Source: Collinsella sp.
Lineage (GTDB): Bacteria > Actinomycetota > Coriobacteriia > Coriobacteriales > Coriobacteriaceae
Direction of reading: 5' to 3'
DNA length: 32,000 nucleotides
Assembly (NCBI GenBank): GCA_019414365.1
Contig: DXMC01000002.1
Coordinates: 1 to 32,000, forward strand
Part shown: piece after piece, positions 25,122 through 32,000 of the stretch
How the letters are laid out: each line of letters starts with the position of its first letter
Position numbering within the stretch: position 1 is the stretch's first letter
Program-made: the position numbers and the translations under genes
The notes under the pieces: model-generated
What the model saw: the letters and a program-made list of their open reading frames with translations, nothing else
Database searches by the model: none
What the model was told of the DNA's origin: nothing

Positions 25122-27863
25122 ATGGACAAGACCACACAGGACAGCTTGGCAAAGAAACCCGTCGACATGAGGGACAGGATTCTCGAGCATCTCGAGGCCC
25201 TCACCTCTGCCGTCTCGCTCGACGACCTTGCCCGTCTGTCCACCTCCGACATCGCCGAGACGCTCATCATCTCCAGGAGCCTGGCGAGCCAGTACCTCAA
25301 CGACCTTGTTCGCGCCGGTCTTGTGGTTAAGGTGGCGGGCAGGCCTGTCCGTTATTTTCATCGCCGCGCGTTCCAGAAGCGTTTTCAGGTAAAGCTCTCT
25401 GCAAGCGAGTATGCCTCGCTCGCCGACCTCATCCAGGCGACGGGAATCGCCGATCACCGCGACTTCGCGCGTGCCGTGGGCTTCGACATGAGCCTCAGCT
25501 CCGTTGTCGAGCAGTGCAAGGCTGCGGTTCAGTACCCTCCGTTTGGCCTGCCCATCCTCTTGAGCGGCGGCGTGGGTGTCGGTAAGTCTTTCCTTTCTCG
25601 CCTTGTGTACGAGTACGGCAAGAACCAGGGCTTGCTGTCCCGCGACTCCTCCTATGTGCGCATCGACTGCGCCGGGGTCCCGGACGCCGCCTCGTTCAAC
25701 GGGCTTCTTGACGAGTCGATCGCGAAAGCGCGCGGGGGTGTGGTCTTTGTCAACGGCATCGAGGCACTCTCTCCCTCTGCGATGGAGCACTGCCTTGCGA
25801 CGGCCCTCGGGCTCGATGCCTCCCAGGATGCGCCGCGCGCTCGCCTCGTTCTTTCGACGACGCTTTCCGCCGATGACCTGAAGGTTTCCTCGGCCTACAG
25901 CAAAATGCCCATCTGTGCCCGCGTCCCCTCACTCAAGGAGCGGACCCCCGAGGAGCGCGAGGATCTCATCTTGAGCTTCCTGCGCAGCGAGGGGTGCCGA
26001 ATCGGTTCTGATGTGAAGATCAGCCGCGGCGCATACCGTTGCCTCGTGAACGCGGACTTTTCCGATAACATCGCCGGCTTGCGCGCCTGCGTGACGAACT
26101 GCTGTGCCAAAGCGTTCCTCAATCGCGAGGGCGACTACGTCGTCGTTCGCCCGTATCTCCTTCCCAGCGGGCTCCTCTCCTCCGCGCAGATCGATCAACA
26201 GCCCGACGATGGCGTTCTGATCGACGCGTCTCTGGATGCCGCCGAGAGCACAGGGCCGGTCGAGCAGGCGCTCGATGCCCTGTGCTCCCTCGATGAGCGA
26301 TTCTGCGCCGGGGAGCTCTCTGTCTCCGAGCTTGTCTCGCAAGCTGTCTCCGCTGTGCGCGGCGTTGAGGATCACTTGATCTTCGACCACGGCGTCGCCT
26401 CCTCGAGGTCGCGCGCCTTCGAGCGCGTCGTGGGCGCGGTCCTTGCCGACGCAGGCTCTTCTTATGGCATCGAGCTTTCGAGGAAGGTCGCTTTTCTACT
26501 GGCCCAGGAGATTTGCCTGCAATTGTGGCCGGGTATCGGCCTGGCTAAGCGAAAGTCTGCCTGTGCGGAGCAAATCTCCCATCTCCTCGGTGCCATGACC
26601 TCCGAATTGCCGTTTGCCTCGAGTGTCTCCGATCAGGTCGCCGCAGACGTGGAAGGGGCGCTGGGAATCTCGCTCGATCACTTCACGAAGACGCTTCTGA
26701 CGCTGTGCGTCGCATCGGAGTCTCGCGATGCGAAGGCCCTTCGGACGCTCTGCGTCATCTTGTCCCACGGCTACTCAACGGCGACGAGCATCGCCGACGC
26801 GGCGAACCGTATGCTCGGCATGCATGTGTACGAGGCTGTCGACATGCCCTACGACCAGCAGCTGAAGGACATCGTCGGTCCGCTCCAGCGCCTCGTCGAC
26901 CGCCATTCCTACTGCACCGGGGTCGTGTTCCTCGTCGACATGGGCTCCTTGGAGGAGGCCTATAAGGCCCTCGAGAACGTTACCGACTCCACTATCGGCG
27001 TGGTGAACAACGTCTCTACCGGTCTTGCGCTCGAGATCGGGGTCGGGCTGCTCGGCGGCAAGTCCATCGCCGAGGTTCTTGGCGATGCGACCGCCGCGTG
27101 CGTGACGCACTGCAAGGTGATCGAGCGCGTCAACCGTGAGGACGCCATCGTCTTCTGCTCCGAGTCCGGGGTCGACGCCGCGGAGAGGATACGCCAGCTC
27201 GTCTCGCAGAGCCTCCCGCGCACCATAGGCGCGCGCCTGCTCACGAGGCCCTTCAAGCAGCTCGTCGCGAACGGGTCGAACGACGCCGTTTTCTCCGAGC
27301 ACCGCGTCTGCGCCGTCATCGGCACGGGAGACCCCGGGGTCGCCTCCGTCCCCTTCGTCGCCCTCGAGGACATCATGTCGACGGCGTCCGCCTCTAAGGT
27401 TGATGCCGTGTTCGGCAGGTGGCTTGACGCTTCCGAGCTCTCTTCTTTCCACGAGAAGCTGCTCTCGAACATGACGCTGCAGAACGTCATCCGCTCCATC
27501 ACCATCCTCGACCCGGAGCGGCTATTCCATGAGATCGAGAGCGCCGTGCACGAGCTTCAGCGCAGGACAGGCGAGAAGATCGGCAGCAACGCCATCATTG
27601 GGCTCTACGTTCACCTCTGCTGTCTCGTCGAGCGCCTTGTTACCAGAAACCCCATTGAGACCTACGTTGGCCAGGACCGCTTCGAGGAGGAACGCGCCGA
27701 TTTCATCGAGTCCTTCAGGCAGAGCTTCTCGAGCATCTCGACGCGCTATCGCGTAGAGGTTCCCGTAAGCGAGATCGCATATGTCTTCGACTACATAAGC
27801 GTGAGCGCCGCCCCGGCGCGAGAAGAGCGCCTCGGCTCCTCGGACCTCCTGCTCGACGAGTGA
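25122..27863 (+). CDS. LevR/ManR-like PTS-regulated transcriptional regulator (HTH, AAA+, PRD, EIIA-like, EIIB-like, PRD)
   Basis: 913 aa; Walker A GGVGVGKS; ILSHGYSTATSIADAANRMLG EIIA-like; IIGLYVHLCCLVERLV PRD-like; immediately upstream of man-family PTS genes. Confidence 0.82.
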   Translation: MDKTTQDSLAKKPVDMRDRILEHLEALTSAVSLDDLARLSTSDIAETLIISRSLASQYLNDLVRAGLVVKVAGRPVRYFHRRAFQKRFQVKLSASEYASLADLIQATGIADHRDFARAVGFDMSLSSVVEQCKAAVQYPPFGLPILLSGGVGVGKSFLSRLVYEYGKNQGLLSRDSSYVRIDCAGVPDAASFNGLLDESIAKARGGVVFVNGIEALSPSAMEHCLATALGLDASQDAPRARLVLSTTLSADDLKVSSAYSKMPICARVPSLKERTPEEREDLILSFLRSEGCRIGSDVKISRGAYRCLVNADFSDNIAGLRACVTNCCAKAFLNREGDYVVVRPYLLPSGLLSSAQIDQQPDDGVLIDASLDAAESTGPVEQALDALCSLDERFCAGELSVSELVSQAVSAVRGVEDHLIFDHGVASSRSRAFERVVGAVLADAGSSYGIELSRKVAFLLAQEICLQLWPGIGLAKRKSACAEQISHLLGAMTSELPFASSVSDQVAADVEGALGISLDHFTKTLLTLCVASESRDAKALRTLCVILSHGYSTATSIADAANRMLGMHVYEAVDMPYDQQLKDIVGPLQRLVDRHSYCTGVVFLVDMGSLEEAYKALENVTDSTIGVVNNVSTGLALEIGVGLLGGKSIAEVLGDATAACVTHCKVIERVNREDAIVFCSESGVDAAERIRQLVSQSLPRTIGARLLTRPFKQLVANGSNDAVFSEHRVCAVIGTGDPGVASVPFVALEDIMSTASASKVDAVFGRWLDASELSSFHEKLLSNMTLQNVIRSITILDPERLFHEIESAVHELQRRTGEKIGSNAIIGLYVHLCCLVERLVTRNPIETYVGQDRFEEERADFIESFRQSFSSISTRYRVEVPVSEIAYVFDYISVSAAPAREERLGSSDLLLDE

Positions 27864-27986
27864 CCTTCCCCGCGCCGCCGCAAGCTGACCGCGCGTCCTC
27901 AATAATCCGATAACCCCTTGCCCGGCGCGAATCCGGATAGCGCCGAGGCAGTACCGAACGTAAAACTTCATTTGATAGGAGCAAAC

Positions 27987-28460
27987 ATGAGTGTTGTTAT
28001 GGCACGAATCGACAATCGCCTGCTTCACGGCATCATCGTGACGCAGTGGGCCCCGGTGTCGGGCGCGACCCGAGTCATGGTCATCGACGACAAGGTCGCC
28101 GGCGACGAGGTCCTGAAGTCCACCATGAGGATGGCGCGCCCCGCGGGCATGGCCGTTTCGATCATCTCCGAGCAGACCGCGCTCAAGAACTTCGCCGCGG
28201 GCAAGTACGACCGCGAGAAGGTCTTCGTCATCGCCAAGGAGCCCGAGACGATGCTTCGTCTGGTCGAGTCGGGCGTCGAGCTCCCGTCGCTGGTCGTCGG
28301 CGGCTCGCTCGTCAAGGAGGACGGCATCCAGCTCACCCAGCGCGCCTACGCCTCCGCCGAGAACGTCCAGAGCTACAAGGCGCTCATCGCCCGTGGCGTC
28401 AAGGTGACGGCCCAGTTCGTGCCCGCCGACAAGCCCGTCTCCGTCGCAGACCTCATCTAA
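27987..28460 (+). CDS. PTS mannose/fructose/sorbose family EIIB
   Basis: MARIDNRLLHGIIVTQWAPVSGATRVMVIDD; start set at ATG 27987 after ATAGGAG. Confidence 0.93.
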   Translation: MSVVMARIDNRLLHGIIVTQWAPVSGATRVMVIDDKVAGDEVLKSTMRMARPAGMAVSIISEQTALKNFAAGKYDREKVFVIAKEPETMLRLVESGVELPSLVVGGSLVKEDGIQLTQRAYASAENVQSYKALIARGVKVTAQFVPADKPVSVADLI

Positions 28461-28469
28461 GGGGGAAAT

Positions 28470-29255
28470 ATGGTCAACTTCACTATCCTGCAGGTCGTCC
28501 TTTTGACCCTGCTGGCCTTCATCAAGCACGTGGACTACTACGGCATCCCGATGATCTTCGTCAATTACGCCGTTTTCTGGGGCCTCATCACCGGAGTCGT
28601 CATGGGCGACTGGAAGACCGGCCTTGTCATCGGCGGCACCATTCAGCTCATGCAGCTCGGCGTCGCGGGCTTCGGCGGCTCCTCCATTCCCGACTACGGC
28701 ACGATGGCCATCATCGCCACCGCCTACGGCGTGACCCTGGGCTCCGACACGGGCCTCGCCATCGGCCTGCCGGTCGGCATGCTCGGCATCCAGCTCGACG
28801 TCGTCGCCAAGATCCTCAACGGCTTTGTCGTCGAGAAGTCCCAGAAGTTCTGCAACGAGGGTAAGTTCAATCAGATGAACGCCATCCTGTGGGTCTGCCC
28901 CGCGCTCTTCGGCCTGTGCGCCGCCCTGCCCGTCTTTGTCTCCGTGACGCTCGGCCAGCCCGCCGTCAACTGGCTCCTCGAGGTCATGCCCCAGTGGTTC
29001 CTCTCCGGCCTCACCCTCGCCGGCAAGATGCTCCCGGCCGTCGGTATCGCCATGCTGCTCCGCTACATGCCAACCGCCAAGTACTTCCAGTACCTGCTCG
29101 CCGGCTTCTTCCTCTCGGCCTTCCTGAACGTGCCCATCATCGGCGCCGCCATCGTCGGCGTTGCCCTCGCGATTGCGTTCTACCAGCGTGCCGAGAGGGA
29201 CACCGAGCTCGCCGCCCACGCTTCCGCAGACGCCTTCATCGGAGAGGATGAGTAA
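28470..29255 (+). CDS. PTS mannose/fructose/sorbose family EIIC
   Basis: 261 aa hydrophobic; YYGIPMIFVNYAVFWGLITGVVMGDWKTGLVIGGTIQLMQLG. Confidence 0.92.
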   Translation: MVNFTILQVVLLTLLAFIKHVDYYGIPMIFVNYAVFWGLITGVVMGDWKTGLVIGGTIQLMQLGVAGFGGSSIPDYGTMAIIATAYGVTLGSDTGLAIGLPVGMLGIQLDVVAKILNGFVVEKSQKFCNEGKFNQMNAILWVCPALFGLCAALPVFVSVTLGQPAVNWLLEVMPQWFLSGLTLAGKMLPAVGIAMLLRYMPTAKYFQYLLAGFFLSAFLNVPIIGAAIVGVALAIAFYQRAERDTELAAHASADAFIGEDE

Positions 29256-29257
29256 CC

Positions 29258-30091
29258 ATGGAAAACGAGAACATCACCGCCGTCGCCGAGGGCAAGCCCT
29301 CCGGCTACAAGGTCACCAAGAAGGACCTGCGCAACGCGAACTGGCGCTGGCTCATGAGCGTGTGCACCTTCAACTACCAGACCCAGCAGGGCGCCTCAGT
29401 CGCCTACGCCCTCTCGCCGGTCCTGAGGAAGATCTACACGAACGACGAGGACTATAAGCAAGCGCTCAACAACCACTTCCGCTACTACAACACCCAGCCT
29501 TGGCTCGCCGCCATCATCCTTGGCGCCTGCGTGGCCATGGAGGAGCGCGACGGCCTAGCGGCGGCGGACGCCGTCCAAGACCTGAAGATCGGCACCATGG
29601 GACCGCTCGCCGGCGTCGGCGACTCCCTGCTCATGACCATGATCCCGACCATCATGGGCTCCATCGCCGCCTACATGGCCATCGAGGGCAACCCCGTGGG
29701 AGCCGGCATCTGGTTCGCGCTCATCCTGGCCATCTTCTGGGTCCGCATGCACGCCCTCGAGTTCGGCTACAAGCAGGGCGTGAAGCTCGTCACCGACTTC
29801 AGCGAGAAGCTTCCCAACCTCACTGCCGCCGCCTCCGTGCTCGGCCTCACCGTGGTCGGCTGCCTCATCGCCTCGGTCATCGGCGTCACCTGCCCGATTA
29901 GCTTCAGCTTCGGCGACGTCGCGATGGAGATTCAGCCGCTGCTCGACAAGATCCTGCCTGCCATGATCCCCGCCGCCATCACGGGAAGCGCGTATTACCT
30001 TCTTACCAAGAAGAACGCGAGCATGACGGCCCTCATCCTCGTGGTGATCGTCCTCGCGATGGTCGCCTCCGCCGCCGGCATCCTCGCCTAG
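29258..30091 (+). CDS. PTS mannose/fructose/sorbose family EIID
   Basis: 277 aa; VTKKDLRNANWRWLMSVCTFNYQTQQGASVAYALSPVLRKIY, NTQPWLAAIILGACVAMEE, GPLAGVGDSLLMTMIPTIMGSIAAY. Confidence 0.94.
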   Translation: MENENITAVAEGKPSGYKVTKKDLRNANWRWLMSVCTFNYQTQQGASVAYALSPVLRKIYTNDEDYKQALNNHFRYYNTQPWLAAIILGACVAMEERDGLAAADAVQDLKIGTMGPLAGVGDSLLMTMIPTIMGSIAAYMAIEGNPVGAGIWFALILAIFWVRMHALEFGYKQGVKLVTDFSEKLPNLTAAASVLGLTVVGCLIASVIGVTCPISFSFGDVAMEIQPLLDKILPAMIPAAITGSAYYLLTKKNASMTALILVVIVLAMVASAAGILA

Positions 30092-30117
30092 CTTCGACCC
30101 AAGAGATTGGTGAATCA

Positions 30118-30516
30118 ATGAGAAAGATAGTTGTGGCGAGCCATTCCCTTCTCGCCCAGGGCTTCAAGGACACCCTCGAGTTCCTTACGGGTAAGGGCGA
30201 CGCCGTCAACGCCGTGTGCGCCTACGTGAACGACAACGGCGAGGGGCTCGACGCGGCGGTCGAGGCGGCTCTTTCGGGCACTGACGAGGTCGTCGTCCTC
30301 ACCGACGCGTACGGCGGCAGCGTGAACCAGCGCTTTTCCCGCTTCGCCTCCGACCGGATCCACGTGATCGCGGGTGTCAACCTCCCGCTCGCCATGACGG
30401 TCGCGCTCGCGCGCCCCGACGAGAAACTCGACTTCGACGCCCTCGTCAACGAGGCGCGCCAGCAGATCATCTACGTGAACGGTGCCAGTTCCGCCGAGTG
30501 CGACGACGACGAATAG
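30118..30516 (+). CDS. PTS mannose family EIIA domain protein
   Basis: MRKIVVASHSLLAQGFKDTLEFLTG...; His9 in the expected N-terminal phosphorylation position; VVLTDAYGGSVNQ. Confidence 0.88.
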   Translation: MRKIVVASHSLLAQGFKDTLEFLTGKGDAVNAVCAYVNDNGEGLDAAVEAALSGTDEVVVLTDAYGGSVNQRFSRFASDRIHVIAGVNLPLAMTVALARPDEKLDFDALVNEARQQIIYVNGASSAECDDDE

Positions 30517-30528
30517 AGGAGGTCGACG

Positions 30529-31653
30529 ATGAGAGAGTTCCTTAAGGACGTGTGGATGCACGGCGGTGAGGAAAGCCGCGCCATCACCCCCGAGAACATC
30601 ACGGGCGAGAAGGGCCGCGCCGCCATGTCGGCCAGCCACCTCGGCGTCGGCCGCAAGGGCTCGTGCTGCGTGCCCCTTGAGTCCGGCGAGACCATCACGC
30701 TCGCGGACATCGAGGGCCCCGGCATCATCCGCCACATCTGGATGACCGTCCCCGACAAGACCGCCGCCGGCAGCTTCGTCATGCGTGACCTCGTGCTGCG
30801 CTTCTACTGGGACGACGAGGAGACCCCCTCGGTCGAGTGCCCTGTCGGCGACTTCTTCTGCAACGGCTTCGGTGAGCGCGCCATCGTCAACTCGATGCCC
30901 ATCTGCGTGAACCCGACGGGCGGCATGAACTGCTACTTCGAGATGCCCTTCAGGAAGCACGCCAAGGTCACGCTTACGAGCGAGCACCCCGGGTTCATTA
31001 AGTACATCTTCTACACGTTCAACTACGCGCTCACCGACGTGCCGGACGACGCCATGTACTTCCACGCCCGCTTTAACCGCGAGCGCAGCACCCGCAGGGG
31101 CGTCGACTACACCGTGCTCGACGGCGTGCGCGGCAAGGGCTACTACGTCGGCACCTACATGGCCCTGTGCGCCCTGGAGCGCTATTGGTGGGGCGAGGGC
31201 GAGATGAAGTTCTTCCTCGACGGCGACGAGGAGTTCCCCACGGTCACCTCGACGGGAGCCGAGGACTACTTCGGCGGTGCCTGGGCCTTCCTCGACAGGC
31301 CGCCCCACGCGCTGCCCGAGGCGCAGTGCTTCAACACGCTGTTCGCCGGCTACCCGTACCGCTCGACGCGCGACGCCACGCGCGACCGCTTCAGCGCGGG
31401 CAAGCCGAACCCGAATCCGATGCTCGCGACTAACGACGACGCGCTGCCCAGGCACGGCCTCTACAGGTGGCACCTTCCCGACCCGATCTCGTTCAAGGAG
31501 GACCTGCGCGTGACGTTCCAGGACCTCGGCAACGACGACATCAAGCTCTACGAGCGCGAGGACGACATCTCCACCGTCGCCTACTGGTACCAAAGCGAGC
31601 CGCATGCCGTGCTCGCCCCGTTTGCCGCAAGGCAGGACCGCGTGCCCAGGTAG
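30529..31653 (+). CDS. DUF2961 / GH172-type glycoside hydrolase
   Basis: 374 aa; GPGIIRHIWMT, LRFYWDDEETPSVECPVGDFF, GEGEMKFFLDGDEEFPTVTSTGAEDYFGGAW. Confidence 0.85.
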   Translation: MREFLKDVWMHGGEESRAITPENITGEKGRAAMSASHLGVGRKGSCCVPLESGETITLADIEGPGIIRHIWMTVPDKTAAGSFVMRDLVLRFYWDDEETPSVECPVGDFFCNGFGERAIVNSMPICVNPTGGMNCYFEMPFRKHAKVTLTSEHPGFIKYIFYTFNYALTDVPDDAMYFHARFNRERSTRRGVDYTVLDGVRGKGYYVGTYMALCALERYWWGEGEMKFFLDGDEEFPTVTSTGAEDYFGGAWAFLDRPPHALPEAQCFNTLFAGYPYRSTRDATRDRFSAGKPNPNPMLATNDDALPRHGLYRWHLPDPISFKEDLRVTFQDLGNDDIKLYEREDDISTVAYWYQSEPHAVLAPFAARQDRVPR

Positions 31654-31680
31654 GGTCGCCTCGAAACAAGCCAACGTTAT

Positions 31681-31720
31681 GGGCGCCCGCGGTTGACCAT
31701 GACTGCGGGCGTCCCTTTGT
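31681..31720 (+). terminator. Hairpin between the GH172 gene and the ROK kinase gene (terminator or attenuator)
   Basis: GGGCGCCCGC...GCGGGCGTCCC (one bulge) followed by TTTGT. Confidence 0.5.
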
Positions 31721-31732
31721 AAGGAGGATCAC

Positions 31733-32000
31733 ATGAGCGAAAAGCAAATGAGGCTCGGCGCCCTCGAAGCCGGCGGGACCAAGATGGTCTGTGCCGTGGT
31801 GTCCGGCGACGGCGAGGTCCTCGACCGTATGGAGACCCCGACGCTTACGCCCGCCGAGACCGTCCCGCAGATGATCGAGTGGTTCACCGCCCGCGATGTG
31901 GACGCGTTGGGCATCGGCGCCTTCGGCCCGACCTGCGTCGACCCCAACGACGAGCGCTACGGCTCCATCCTCCAGACGCCCAAGCTCGCGTGGCGAGGCC
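31733..32000 (+). CDS. ROK-family fructokinase-like protein (3' end beyond window)
   Basis: MSEKQMRLGALEAGGTKMVCAVVSGDGEVLDRMETPTLTPAET...LGIGAFGPTCVDPNDERYGSILQTPKLAW; AAGGAGG upstream. Confidence 0.85.
   Translation, partial: MSEKQMRLGALEAGGTKMVCAVVSGDGEVLDRMETPTLTPAETVPQMIEWFTARDVDALGIGAFGPTCVDPNDERYGSILQTPKLAWRG

Noticed and set aside
27864-27986. Possible sigma-54 (-24/-12) promoter upstream of EIIB
   Set aside because: No convincing TGGCAC-N5-TTGC sequence; CCCTTGCCCGGCGCG is not a match.
27522-29219. 565-aa ORF on the minus strand
   Set aside because: Antisense shadow of the regulator end and EIIB/EIIC genes; Gly/Asp/Val-rich composition typical of GC-rich shadows.
30115-31674. 519-aa ORF on the minus strand
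   Set aside because: Antisense of EIIA and the GH172-like gene; low-complexity shadow composition and no recognisable domain.
1-32000. CRISPR array, tRNA or rRNA genes, phage defence cassette
   Set aside because: No regularly spaced direct repeats, no rRNA stretches or tRNA cloverleaf-like sequences noticed, and no recognised defence proteins in the ORFs.

Overview
The window is high-GC and looks like a Coriobacteriia/Collinsella-type actinobacterium (inferred from protein character only, no database search). It has five blocks. (1) str/S10-type ribosomal genes rpsL-rpsG-fusA-rpsJ, with no tuf between fusA and rpsJ. (2) A minus-strand birA, then a complete fatty-acid operon fabH-acpP-fabK-fabD-fabG-fabF-accB-fabZ-accC-accDA(fused), a lone PTS EIIC, a CDF-type cation transporter and a histidine phosphatase. 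Together these put about 13.9 kb between rpsJ and rplC. (3) The S10 operon resumes as rplC-rplD-rplW-rplB-rpsS-rplV-rpsC-rplP-rpmC-rpsQ-rplN-rplX and stops at a terminator after rplX. (4) A scar region carries a decayed IS3-family transposase fused head-on to a 3' fragment of an MTA/SAH nucleosidase gene. (5) A carbohydrate locus encodes a LevR-like PRD/AAA+ regulator, mannose-family PTS EIIB-EIIC-EIID-EIIA, a DUF2961/GH172-type glycosidase and a truncated ROK fructokinase-like gene. The most interesting items are: the PTS + GH172 + fructokinase locus, whose LevR-like regulator has no GAFTGA sigma-54 loop and an altered Walker B; a 49-bp perfect inverted repeat with a nested hairpin upstream of rplC; a 26-nt motif shared by the rplC and rplB upstream regions, with a partial copy upstream of rpsL; and tandem palindromic operator-like sites overlapping the predicted fab promoter.
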